The notes below the pieces were generated by a model. The model made no database searches. It was not told the origin of the DNA and saw only the letters and a list, made by a program, of their open reading frames with translations. A program made the translations under genes and the position numbers. 64,000 nucleotides of DNA from Trichoplax adhaerens (Eukaryota > Animalia > Placozoa), in NCBI RefSeq assembly GCF_000150275.1, contig NW_002060948.1:4104759-4168758 (forward strand), read 5' to 3'. This document shows, one piece after another, positions 12,801 to 26,300 of this stretch. Within the stretch, counting starts at the first letter, position 1, and every line of letters starts with the position of its first letter.

Positions 12801-15618
12801 TGGATGATGCTGAATATGGAAACACTTATGCACTTGGCTTAATAGCTTATGATGACAATATGAAATCGAAAGTATCGAATTATGTCTACACAATCTTTCA
12901 ACATGTGTTTCAACCCTTTGATTTCCATGTTAAAATCGATCATCATCATCTTGGCATCATGATAATAAGTTGGAAAATAGCTTGTAATAGTTGTGCTACT
13001 GGCATTGGTGAGTAATTAACTACCGGTACTTTTAAAAATGTCATCTTAAAGTGTGACAATTTGTAATATGAGAGGTATTGCGTATATTTTAAAGTAAATT
13101 CTGAAGATAGTTTTGCGGTGAATGAGAATTTCACAGATAATTTTATGTATTAATCGATACTATTTCTATTGACAAATTTTACATTCGTATTTCATGTTAT
13201 TTTTTAACTGAGTCTAAATGTTATTCATTCCATACCGGTAAAGTATTTAATAGTTGATAAACTATAAAATTATTGGTACAATAGGAAGGTTTAAGAATAG
13301 TGATTGGCATCTTTTTAACTTAAACTTTTTCAATTCTACTATAGCTCCTATTGGTTATGAAATACAATATAGCACTGATCAAGAAGACTTAAGTGAAGAA
13401 GTTATAGCAGGACAAATTATCACTCAAGATCAAATAATTGATCATAAAACAGTAACTGTGGATTCTTCATCTGATGTGTTGCATGAATATACTATCAAAA
13501 TGAGAAAATATCAGTATTCACGTCCTTATTACTTTGCTGTTCGTGGATATGATAATTACCGTTACTATTCGAATTATTCTAATATTGCTGATATAGAATT
13601 TTATAAAGTTAAATCTCCGCAAAATTTAAGAGTTACCTTTATGTCAAATGCCAGTAAAGAAGTGCAATTACAATGGATACTCGATTCATCCAAGAAGGGA
13701 TTAAGTAAGTTTGGTGATATCTATTTCTCCTATAGAATAAGCTAAAGTAAATGTTTACCTATGTTTTGATATTCACAAATACTTTAAAATCTCGAAATAA
13801 CAGTTTTTATTACCGATTCTACGGGTATATTGGAATCTAACCATGAAGTATATTATCTTCTGTACCTTTTATTAAATGAAATTAGCACCAGCAAGATATC
13901 AAATTTGTTGGATTGAAGCTAATCAGAATAGAGAATCCTGCCGAGCGATATCATCTAATCTACTGCTTAGAGCTGGTGAAGATTTTATCTATCGTTTTAG
14001 ATTCAGTGAAGCACAATATGGCAAAATATACGATTTTCGTGTCCGAGCTATTGATATTTTTTATCATATCTCATCGGCGAGTAATTCAGCAAAGGTGGAA
14101 TTATATTATTTATCGCCTCCTACAGACGCTGTAGTCAATATTGTTAGTCATAAGGCGAAAATAATCGATGTCCATTGGAAAGTATTACTAAATGACTTCA
14201 AGATATCGACAAGTACGCTAATTTTCTAATCAGTCTATCACTGAACTTCTATCGAATATACCTGTTTAATTATGATTTCTAAATGTCTAGTTTTGAATGA
14301 TATTATTTGAGTAAATTAGACTGAGCGAAGTAGATTGGTTATAAGATTAGATTATTGTCAATATTGGTAATATTATTATGATTATACTTGTAAGAAAGTA
14401 TTTTTAACCTCAGATATGCTCGTATATGAATTTATTAAGTCTAATGTCAACATATTGTAGAGAATCTTGAATACAGCAATTCAATAGTCAAGTTTTAAAA
14501 TATATTACTTATGAGAATATTAAACCTAGTATTTGCCTGGTCAAATTCATAATCGATAGCTTAAAGGGTATCTTTTACTTTCGCATATATAGATTGGTGA
14601 AATATCTAACTAGAAATTTTTGTATGTAGCTATTCTATTATGTGACAAATAAGATTAGTAAGATCACTTCTAATGTAAATTTCGTTTAATTTCAATATAT
14701 TTAGATGCTCGTTATTGCAAAGTGATAATCAGCAACCAACCTTCATTAAATAATTCATCTACTATCTTGGCTACAGAAATGGCTCAAATTAAAAATGATG
14801 GGTTTAAAGGATATCAGGAAATGTCTGCTATCTTTCAGTTAATGAAGACCAATGGTTTAAATTACGCTTTCGTAAATTGCTTCGACAAATATCAATTACA
14901 ATCAACCCTATCAGATCCAATTGAATTCTCCTTTGAAAAGCTTCATATTACTACACCTTATAACTTGGGTTTAATAGTTAATTCTGATAAGTTAACAGCT
15001 ACATTAGTGTGGGAAATGACGAAAGAGAACGCAATTACCGTTCCAGGTAAATTTATTTCAATAATGTCAATACTAACGATGTGTACTTAATCATTATTAA
15101 CAAACAAAGATAGCATATATAATTAATTGATATGGACGATATTTGATACTAATTTACGAGTATCTTGAGCTATAACATAAGCATTTACTAGAAGAAAAAT
15201 AATGTTGCAACTATTTTTTATTATAGCACCTTATTATGAAATACGATATAGCTACGATACCGAGGCCTTTATGAAGGATTTTAATCGTGGGAAGGTCGTT
15301 GATGATGATATTATTATCAGGTTTGAACGAAGTATGAAAGATGGACAGAGGACGCGATTGTGCGTTTTCTCGGTAGCTAACTTTGAATATAATCAAACGT
15401 TTGCTACTGCGGTTAAATCTTATAGCAATAAAATCGCCCAGTCGGGTATTTCTAACTATGACATGGGCATATTAATTAAAAATTCAACTAGGCCTCCAGA
15501 GCATGTGCCGTTTGGGAAAAATCATTTTGTGATTATCGGTGTTATAGGTGGTGTGATATTGATTGTTGTATTTGCATTAGCGATATATCTATATAAACGT
15601 CGAATAGGCGCGATCTAA
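6825..15618 (+). CDS. CLCA: CLCA-family (calcium-activated chloride channel regulator-like) type I membrane protein, paralogue A: signal peptide, degenerate metalloprotease domain, Cys-rich region, VWA, beta-rich domain, 5 FnIII, TM; 1419 aa
   Basis: Hand-spliced GT-AG exons: 6825-7374, 8556-8743, 8902-9226, 9773-9921, 10357-10665, 10963-11187, 11411-11614, 11729-11852, 11964-12230, 12418-12537, 12630-13007, 13345-13704, 13886-14212, 14705-15046, 15227-15618 (4260 nt, phases consistent). CLCA motifs: LTNNGYEGVVIGI, YQCGEPNDY, GIYDE, HFCD..HN..P..QN..C...STWTVI..H.DF, MIDAS VLDKSGSM..GTSIG..MSDG, DDGAGADIVANDGIYSAY, PPARV.D...WTAPGNDLDKG. C-terminal TM plus KRRIGAI tail. AATAAA at 15654. Confidence 0.93.
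7842..8080. repeat. Short diverged direct repeat (~60 bp) in CLCA-A intron 1
   Basis: tagtcttactaagcatgttaattcttggttaagataaa (7842) vs tagtcttaataagtatgttaatccttgcttaagataaa (8021). Confidence 0.7.
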
Positions 15619-15883
15619 TACTCTAGTCTATCGCTTAATACTGTCATCTATATAATAAATAATTTATAAGAATAAGAGCTTAGTTCATGGGACAGAAATA
15701 TTATTCCGCTATCATTTACATACTATATAGTAATTGATGACAGTTCTTAAAATATTATTTTAAAAATTTCATTATTTCCATGTGCGCACTATAACGTATC
15801 AATATTCAAACTGTTAATTATGGCTTTGATTCGGTTCATTTTCGATTTTATTATGTGTAATCATTACCTTCTATTTTAAAAAA

Positions 15884-16130
15884 TTCTACTCTCCTCATAG
15901 ATATTTATTCTAAGTTATAATACTTTTGGATCTATAGCTTCACATAAGACGAAGGGTTTATTTCATAAAATATTAATATTCAAACGTTTAGTCATAATTT
16001 TTATTCCGTTATTAAGCGATTTTATTACATATTATTTTTACTTTGTATTCTAAAACAGATTTCTACTCTTCTCATAGAAGTCTATTCTAAGTTACGATAC
16101 TTTTGGATCTATATGTTAATATTAGACGAT
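15884..16130. repeat. Diverged direct repeat (~70 bp, ~175-bp spacing) downstream of CLCA-A
   Basis: ttctactctcctcatag..tattctaagttataatacttttggatctata (15884) vs ttctactcttctcatag..tattctaagttacgatacttttggatctata (~16061). Confidence 0.7.
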
Positions 16131-16349
16131 AAATTTATTTTACATTAGTGTAAATTAAACGTAAAAGGATTGATTTTATGCTGCATTATCACATAAAGTA
16201 TATGTAAATAACTGATTTTACGTACCCCATTTTGTATGATAATTGAATAAATATTTTTTATTATCTCTACCAGATTTTGTCAGTCGTTATGGTGAAATAG
16301 GGTTAGTTTTTTTATCAAGAAAATTAGGTAGTTCCACACGGTAAAGAAG

Positions 16350-17810
16350 CTGTTTGATTGTTATATGGTTTGGCAACATTGGGATGATAGTGATCTAGGA
16401 CAAATAATTTAATTTTGAGTGACTTCTTATTCTTAGAAATTACCTCTTCGTGCTTGTCTTAATATCTATACATATTTTCCATGTTGTTGTATGATTTGGC
16501 AGTATTTGGATGATAGTGACCAGGAACTGACTATTCAATTTTGAGTAATTTCTTATAAATAGGAATAGCGTCTTCATGGTTGCTTTGGTCGAACTAAATA
16601 CACATTTCCTAGATTGCTATGTGATTTGGTAACATTGAAATGATTGTGATTAAGAACTGATAATTCAGTTTTGAGTGACTTCTCCTAAATGGAAATAACT
16701 TCTTCATGCTTGTCTTGATGTCCGTATATATTTTTTTGTTATATGATTTGGTAATAACGGGATGATTGTGGTCAAAGGCTGATAATTGAATTTTGAGTGA
16801 CTTCTCATACATAGAAATAGCCTCCTCATGCTTGACTTGATATCTATATGTAGAACCCATGTTGCTATATGGTGCATTAAAAACAGAATAATTATGATCA
16901 AAGACTGATAATCTAATTTGAGTGACTTCTGATACGTAGAAATAGCCTCTTCATGCTTGTCTTATGCAACAGAAACAATTCCTAGATTGTTACATGATGT
17001 GACAAAATCTAAATGATTATGATCAAGAGCTGACAATATAATTTTAAGTGACTTCTCAACATAAAAATAGCCTCTTCATGCTAGCCTTGATGCCTACATG
17101 CAGAACCCATGTTATTATATTATTTGGTAAGATCAGGATGATTATGATCAAGAACCGATAATTGAATTTTGAGTGACTCCTTACGCATAGAAATAGCCTC
17201 TTCACGCTTCCATTAATGTATAAATATATACATGAAAGCGTAAATTTTGATAAAAATCAATTATATATATTTACTGGTAAAGTTGTATAGTTCTCGTCAT
17301 TACATGTAGTTCTTAGATTGTTACATGATTGGGCTACATCGGGATTATTGGGACCAAGAATTGACAATTGAATTTTGAGTGACTTTTCATACATGGAAAT
17401 AGCTTCTTTACGCTCGCTTTGATGTCTATACGCAGCTTCCTTGTTGTTATAAAATCTAGAAAATGTGTATAGCTATCAAAGCAAATATGAAAAGCTATTT
17501 CTATATATGAAAAATCGCTCTAAATTTAATTGTCAGTTTCTATACATGGGAAGTTTCTCAAAATTTAATTGTCACCCTTTGATACAGTAACATCGGGATG
17601 ATTGTGATCAAAGGCTGATAATCAAATTTTTGAGTGATTATTTATACCTAGAAATGGCATCTTTTTGCATAACTTGATAAAAATACGCATTTCCAAGATT
17701 GCAATATGCTACAGCAATATCAAGATAATCGTGAACAAGAACTAATAATCTAATTTCGAGTGACTTCTCATGCATAGAAATAATCTCTTCGTGCTTGCCT
17801 TGAATGTCTA
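16350..17810 (-). pseudogene. TPR-repeat pseudogene (42-aa kinesin-light-chain/nephrocystin-3-type TPR, about 10 units of ~126 bp)
   Basis: The anchor ttttgagtgact recurs near 16413, 16540, 16669, 16791, 16917, 17042, 17167, 17373, 17627 and 17755. Minus-strand translation gives HEEAISMYEKSLKIQLSAFDHNHPVITKSYN-type units, broken by many frameshifts and stops. Confidence 0.9.
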
Positions 17811-19613
17811 GGTTACGGCCAAAACCCGAAATTGGCCAATACGCGTATAATCAACAAGATTAAGGAGCTCTACATTGTGTAAAAAATGTTTCACTTTGTG
17901 TTTATTACTGCATGCAGATAACTCTTAGCCATTTGAAGTTAATTATTCTTAAGCATAAGTCTTAGGAGTATTTTAAATACACCATAAAAGTACGAAATTA
18001 TAGCTACAAGTATGTTGTACTTGTGTCTATAAACAAACTGAGACTGACTATTACTTGATTTTTTATGGACTTGATAAGAATATTTCGTTCAGCTATCAAA
18101 CTAGGATAATTTAAGAAGGGAAATTTCGTCATAATACTTCCGGTATAATAGATATGCCAGGGGTTATTTTTACCTCTAATATCTAGAACTATTATTCTCA
18201 GCATGTGCACTAATATCTGAGTAGCGCGATTGAGCATTGGAGTGTAGATGACGAGCATGTTTAAAAGTTTATCTTACAGACTTTAGCCTCAGAGTAATTA
18301 AGAAGAACCCTAGTAGACTATCGATGACTATAAACAGTATGATGCTGAGCTGCTTTAATGATAGTAATCAATATAGATAAGTAACTTATATATTTGGTTA
18401 TAGAATACAATACTATAATATAACAACAATACTAATAATAATCGTTCTACTTCCACAATACAGGAAGACTATTGCTGATTGTAACTATAGATGCCACGAA
18501 AAGTTTAGCCAAATCTTATATAAACTAGTAATGTCACAGGTTTTATGGTATAAATTCTTTCTAAGCGCTCCGTAGTAGTTCTATTCGGCTAGTATAGAGC
18601 TGTGTGTTGTTCTACCTTTGTATAAAGGTCAATCAATTTCTAATTTTCACGAACTTTGGGATTTATTTTCATCAGAATCCTTATTGTACTGTATTTATAC
18701 TACTGCTATAGTCTTGGATTGAAGTCGAAGAACTCCTTATTGGTGGGTATCTAATTTTGAGCACTAATGATATATAACTAGTAGCGTGCTCGCTTGCTAT
18801 ACTTCGCGTTCATATCTTCTATTCTCCATGGCTATGCCACAATAAACAAACTGATAAAATTCAGGCTGATAATATTTCGTCATTAAGTCAATACTAACTT
18901 AGACTTTCTACGTAGAATAATTAAAATGATCTATAAGAGCTTGTGCTGTATAATGTATGTACTGTATAATGTGTCAGCGGCTTTTTAGGGAGGAGGGTAG
19001 GATTGCTACGATTAAGTTAAGTATTTATTATCATTAATGGCTTCTATTAAGTATAGCATAGTAGTGCTATATACCTTGATGCTGTTTCAGATAGATTGAG
19101 CTTTTCTAGATGGTGTACAGTAAGCTCCTATAGTCGATAGATATACTACTATTATAAATTATTCTGTACATTGATAACGTTCAATAAATTGATATCTAAA
19201 TGGTTGGCCTCTAATGAGTATTGCCATCGATCGAGGTGTTATTAAGGTGTCTACACGATAAACAGTATCTTCATACGTGAATTTCTACTTTTGAGAACTT
19301 TAGTGAATACCAAAATTATTCAATATTTGCACAATTTGGAGTGCAATATTGCATCATTGATTGACTTTAAAGTTCTGATGATAAAACAGAATATCATGTT
19401 TTGAGAATACAGGTATTACCTTTAAATATTGACGCTGTATACTAGAGTTAATGACCTGCCGTAGCATGTGACAAACAGCGACTTTTCTTGTACGTTATCG
19501 CTCAGCTTGAATGAGTAATGGATCAAATTCTATCTGTAAAGAAAGACACAGTATACAATTAAAATAATTTTAAGATTACGTAAAAATATATATTTAACTT
19601 AAAGACCAGACAT

Positions 19614-19629
19614 GCACGTGATCACGTGC
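19614..19629. promoter_or_regulatory. Perfect 16-bp palindrome made of two CACGTG E-boxes
   Basis: GCACGTGATCACGTGC lies ~700 bp upstream of the CLCA-B ATG, with an ETS-like CGGAAGT at 19681. Function is inferred only. Confidence 0.4.
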
Positions 19630-19867
19630 TAGGTCCATTAGCTAAGATAATTGGTAAAATTTTGGACATGAAATCAATAACGGAAGTCAAGTAAGCTTTC
19701 TACTAATGTTTATCCGTGGATGATTTTTTATGATAGTAGATACCCTTTTATTATCAATTAAAAAGATTTGGATAGCTGTATAGCCTCTAATAGATGGTTT
19801 GGAAGAAATCGAATAATGCCTGTACGTTTATTCGATTATCTAGTATTTGTTCTTTAGAATTTATGTT

Positions 19868-19887
19868 ATGATTCATTATCAAAATAA
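19868..19887 (+). promoter_or_regulatory. Conserved 20-bp upstream element of CLCA paralogue B
   Basis: Identical to 6362-6381 and at nearly the same distance from the ATG (461 vs 463 bp). Confidence 0.6.
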
Positions 19888-20328
19888 TCAATGACCAATA
19901 GTCTGCCTTAAATGGAATTAATGAACTGGTGATGAGGGTAAATTAAAGTCCACTAGCATAGTTTCCAGATTTAAATTTAGACCAGATATGCATATAATTA
20001 TTTGCATTATATATATATATAGGTTACATATATACCATAGTAGTACGAGATAAGCTCCTCAGTATTCATTTGTCTGGAACATGAGATATACTACGACGTG
20101 TTAATTTCAATCGTAGCTGCAACATAGTGTATAGGAATTGGAATCGTCGCTTTAAAGAAGGAGGGATAACAATTTTTTATACAATCTACGGTACTGCTGC
20201 AGTAATTTGTCAGGATTAAAAGCTATCTCTAAATTATCTTTCCTATCTATATCTGGTAAGATATTTTTATCGGTTTCTAATCATTTTATTACAGCATTAA
20301 TTGGATTACAAAAATCTGTCAAATATCG

Positions 20329-23300
20329 ATGGCCCGATTTTATATTATATTGGCAGTATTACTAAGCTGTGGACTCCATCATGCTTTGGGCTCTGCTCGA
20401 TTGATCAATAATGGATATGAAGATGTTGTTATTGCTATTAGCAATTCAGTAAGCGAGAGGCAATTTCCTAATTTATTAGATCAAATTCAACGTATATTTA
20501 CTGAATCATCATCGAGGTTATATACGGCATTTCGACGTCGAGCTTACTTTCGATATATTACAATTGTAATTCCACGCTCGTGGGAAGATAATGCCAAGTA
20601 TGAGCCAGCGACCAAACAATCTTTCCATACCGCTGATTTTCGAATTGATCATGATACAGTAAGTATTAATGGAAAATGTTCCGGTAGAGCCTTAGTTAGA
20701 ACTATTGGTGGTTATCAATGCGGAAAATCGAATGACTATATTGAAATGACACCGAATAGTTTTTGTCCAAGCAATGGAGCTTTTCCTTTTCTCGGTAAAA
20801 ATATCGTTCGTCAATGGGCTCGCTATCGTTATGGAATCTACGATGAAGAAAGTAAAGGGTCTAAATTATTATATCGAGGTAGGTAATTTTTCACCTTATT
20901 TATTCAAGTCCGAGGTGCGCGTGAAAGGGTCCTATACTTCAGGATGTGTCTTCTTGCTAGAGCTATTTCACGGAATCTTCAATTGAATGATAATTGACAA
21001 CTATTAATAGGATGTTATTGAGCATCGTGATTACTGTCTTCAATAAAATAATATGCTGGTAGTTGTTAATTGCAGTAATTCGATACTGTTAGTAACTATT
21101 ACTCTCTATAAGTAGCCTCATAGTAGTTTAGGATATACTGTAAGCTTGCATAAAATAAATGAAGCTTTATTCCGGACATGACACATCAAAGTAGGTTATC
21201 ATTTTTAACTTTCGGTTTACTCAGGTCTAGTAGGAGTGCATATAGAATTTCTGTTGTATTATCTACACTGTTATTTAAAATATTAGTATTTGCAAGATTG
21301 AAAATAAGCGAGTTTACATTAATATTAGGTCATATGGTTCATTTTGCTAGGTATCTGTGTCCAATGCGATAGTTTACTAACAAGTTGCAGTAGTTCTTGG
21401 ATACAGATAATAACTGCTGACTTTAGTAAACAGCTAGGGCATATTCTGTTGTAAGATATAAGTATACCTAAAAATCGATATGAACTAATTTAATGTTCTA
21501 CATCACTAATGTTACTACTATAAACATATTTGACAAAACTTTAAGCTAAAAAATAAGTATTTTGGAATATATACCGAACTCCGTTTATTAAATATTTTAT
21601 ACAATTTTTTATCACAAATACTTCTTGTAGAAATTCGGTATTAACTAACTTACTGTTGTACATCACTAAATGTTGCTACTGTAAACATCTATAATCAAAA
21701 CTTTAAGCTAAAAATTTAAAATTTTAGAATATATATTCCGTTTACTAAATATTTTATACACATTTTTTATCATAAATAGATCATGAAGAAAATCGATTCA
21801 AACCAATTCAATGTTCTAGATCATTAAAGGTTCATATTGTAGACATGTATAACAAAACATGCAGCTACAACCCAGTGTCTGGCTCTGGTCTTAAAGTTGG
21901 GTGCCGTATCGTCGTTGCTCGTTCAAGTCTAGCTGCTGGATCTATCATGTATGAGTATCGAGTTGATGGAGTAAGTCAAATCCAATTACTAAAGCTAAAA
22001 CTCATTTTTAAACAAACAATTTAATTTGTCAAGTTTTCGTACAGCTTATTTTGAGTGGGACACTAGTTATTGGAAATTTCAGATTGACATCTTTTTAAAG
22101 TAGTTGTTTCTAATATTTATATCATAGATCGAACATTTTTGTGATGATGGAGGAAAAGATGCAGCAAACGCTAGAACTCGCCATAACCCGATCCCCTCAA
22201 CTTATCAAAATATTTATTGCGATAGCAAAAGCGTTTGGACAGTTATTAAACGTCATCCAGATTTTGTTAATGATAAAAATCCCCCAGCCAATATTAGATC
22301 TACCATACCCAAATTTCGATTTGTTAAATCAGAGCCATTGCGTATTGCTATGGTATTGGATAAATCGGGTAGCATGAGCGGAAGAAATATGCAGCTATTA
22401 TCACAAGCAGCTATAAATGTTATTGCACAATCAAGAAATTTTGATGGAAAATTAGGTAATTTACCGATATTAAAAGATTAAATTTGTGGGCGATTATTAT
22501 TTAAAGAAATACAGTATTACTTTAATATTGTGCTATATTCAGTAAAGAATCAAATATGAATATGCAACAACTTTAGTTTAGTAGAGATAAATAAGGTTTT
22601 TACTTTGAAGTTGAAAGTGGGCAGGTATGCTTGATAATAGCTTTCTTATAGCCTAGCCATAGAATGTATAGCAAGTTTCTACAATAATCTGGATTAGGAT
22701 TATAGCTATATCAATAGAAATGATATCATTTTGGGTTATGTACTAGAACGATTTTAACTGCGCTTTTACCATCGATTGGTAGGGATCGTAACATTTAGCA
22801 CGAATGCGACAGTTACTTGCCCACTTACGGCCGGCGAAAGTGATCAAGAAAAAAATAAATTAATAAACTGTTTACCATCAGAGGCTGAAGGGGAAACTAG
22901 CATTGGCAGCGGTATTCTTAAAGGCATTGAGGTAAGTTAACAGAATGGAATATCAATTCTTTCTTATATCATGCAGGGCTGTAAAATTTTATCCTTAACA
23001 TTCGATCGATTTTCGTAATTTTTTAGCATTAGAATAAATTACATTAATGTAACATAATTTTGAAGATATTGTGTACGATAATCGATGGCTATGCCATTTA
23101 TTGGCATATTCAAACAAAATTGTGTGTTTCTATCATATCACGGGCTTTAGAAGGAATATACATATGACTAGATCAATATTGTTTCGATTTTTTATTATTT
23201 TTACTCTTTTATGATGCAGATGTGAATACATTTTATTATTCATCAGAAAATTAAATTTTACCAATTAAACTTTCAATTTGGTTCTCTTAGCTTTTACGTA

Positions 23301-26300
23301 AATCAAAGGATGGACGAAAACCTAGCGGTGGCCATTTAATAGTTATGAGTGATGGACAAGAAAATTATCGACCTTATATTGAAAATATAATGACCAATAT
23401 TACTGAAAATGAAATCGTTATAACCAGCATATCACTGGGACAACATGCTTCAGAAAACCTAGAAGACTTATCTAAATTGACCGGCGGATTATCCTATTTC
23501 GCATCTACTAATAGCACTTTGACATTAATCAACGCATTTACGACAATTGTTAGTAATTTAGTTGGACCGGATAATATTAAATACACAACACCAATTCAGG
23601 TAAGTTCTGACTAGCATATTAGTCATAAGAATTTTAATAAGCACTACTCATAAGTAAAAGTAATTAATACCAATGCTAAGGTAGATGGTTAGGCATGTAA
23701 ATTATTGAAATAGGAAGAATTGTCATTAAAAATCTATTTTTTTGACAATTAAATAGGTAGAAGTAACTTATTTGTAACACTTGATTGATGTCCTAGCAAA
23801 TCTAATATTTTTGAAAGTCAAATTAAATTGTACCTTGGAATTTGTATATTTCTATATTTTAGATATATAGTGAAGAAGTCATTGCAAGACCTGGTAAATC
23901 ATATCGAGATTCTGCACTACTGGATCGATCGATTGGAGATAACGCACAGTTTACTTTTACCTGGGAATTGCGCCAGATCAACGTTATTTTAACCTCTCCA
24001 TTAGGGATTAATTATACTTCTACTTCACCAGAATATACTGTATACAAACAGCAAAAATTAATCAGAATTACAATAGCTAAAGCCCAGGTAAAATATATAA
24101 TTACTATAGATATTTTCATGTAAAGTTTGAAAATAATACCTGAATAGATTTTAATTTTAAGGCATTGCAATGATCACTGCTCCTATTTATTTTACTCTGG
24201 CCGAGACTAATAATGCAATCCATAGCTAGATAGCATTTATCATCTATTTATAGTATAGTACTAATTCTAGTTTATGGAATTTATGCTGTAATTTCTAGTC
24301 CGGTAGATGGAAGTACACTATTGAAGATAAGTTATCAAGGCAAATGCGAGACTTGAGAGCTATTGATCAATCTCAAAGCGTTAGTGTTACGGTATCAGCA
24401 TTGTCTAAAGCTCAAAGTAGTAATAATGAATCCATTGCTGCTAAAGGAGTGGTTACCATTGAAGTTAAACTTAACAAAGAGAAAATTCAATATCCAGATG
24501 TAGTAAGCTTGAATTCTTTTCATCTCTATTGCTTTTTTGATTAGTGTATGACAGCATAGACATTGCTACTACAGCATAATTTGAATCATGCTAAATCTAA
24601 TATTTTTATTACAGCCTATCGTTTATGTTGAAGTTAAACTTGGTCATTTAGCAGTATTAAATTGCTCTGCGGTTGTGAAAGTAACTGTACCTAATCAGTC
24701 TAAAAATTACATCCTCCGCGTTCGAGATGATGGTGCCGGTAAGAAAGAAGTTTCGTTGGCTATCCTTAATCATAGCCAATAATACAACGATTATAGGAGG
24801 GTATACAGGCGCATATTAATAATGAATTTATTTTTTGCTATTACAGGTGCGGATATTACCGCAAATGATGGAATCTATTCTGCTTATATGACGAAGCTTG
24901 ATGGCAATGGACGTTATGCTTTGCTTGGAATGGTAAACGCAAATGCAAATCAATCCTATATCGATACAAATTATAATTTCGGTGCTAGGAATACGATAGA
25001 TAATCAAGCAGATATTAAGAATTCATCCTCAGCTAGGCAGATCGAATATGTATATGCATTTTCTAGAGTGAAATCAGGCCCTTTATTGGAAGTTTCACAT
25101 TATTCGTTAGGTAAATCTTTTAAATATAACTAATATCATTGTACTGTACATATAGCAACCTATACGTATATGTGTATACCTCTCTATTTTGTACAGTATA
25201 AAATTAAAATTTGTTGCGATAGCAAATTGAAGATTTTATCTATTTATTTTCTATAACTGACGTCTTAATAGATATATTAAAAGCTGGTATTAAATGAATC
25301 GAATTTATAGGTACGGATCAATTGCCGCCGGCTCGTATACATGATCTTCTTGCAATCGAGACGATATCTAAGAATAAAAGTGTAATATTGAAATGGACTG
25401 CAACAGGCAATGACTTAGATCAAGGCACAGGTAGAAATATTATAATATAAACTTTATAATACTTTAAATAAGACAACCAGTCCTAACTATTTATCACCGT
25501 TTATAAACCTTGAAATAGCTGAAGGCTATGAAATTCGGTATGCTAGTACAAGCTTGGAGCTGGAGCAATTCAGAAACAATTTTGCAACTGGCCAAATTGC
25601 ATCATTTCAGTCTTTATTAGCAACGCCTAATGCAACTAATGTAACGAAACCTAAACCAGCTGGTTCAACTGAAGAGATGATAGTTGCTTTAGATGAAGTT
25701 AAATATGGGAGAACTTACATGATTGGTTTAATAGCATATGACAAGAGTTTGCAATCAAAAGTATCTAATTACGTGTACGGAGTATTTCAACACGTGTTTC
25801 AACCCTTCCAATTTCAAATTAAAATCGAGCATCATCATCTTGGAATCTTGAAAATAAGTTGGAAAACAGCATGTAGCAGCTGTACTAATAGTATTGGTAA
25901 ATAAAGCAGTTACTGACGTATATAAGTTAAGATTTTGATATCTACTTCGGTAAATTATTATTTTTAGAATTTGAAATATTGTTTCTACTGTGCTAAAAAA
26001 TTTGCAATGCATGGACTTGACATAGGCGAATATTTGTTATCACGCCTAAAAAGGAAATTTATTTTATATTTTAGAATGTAAGATCATTCAACGTTAGGCT
26101 TTGTCAGTAGTAGATATGATATAATAGACATAGAGCAAATCATTAACATTAAGATGATTATTTAAACTATAGATCGATAAAGTTATAACATTACTTTTTC
26201 AATGATAGTCCCTACAGGTTATGAAATACAATATAGTACAGATCCACAAGACTTAACGGAAGACATCATGGCGGGACAGGTTATCACCCAAAATGAAATT

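Noticed and set aside
16350-17810. CRISPR-like array
   Set aside because: The whole 126-bp unit is homologous and translates as TPR. There are no unique spacers and no cas genes, and the context is eukaryotic.
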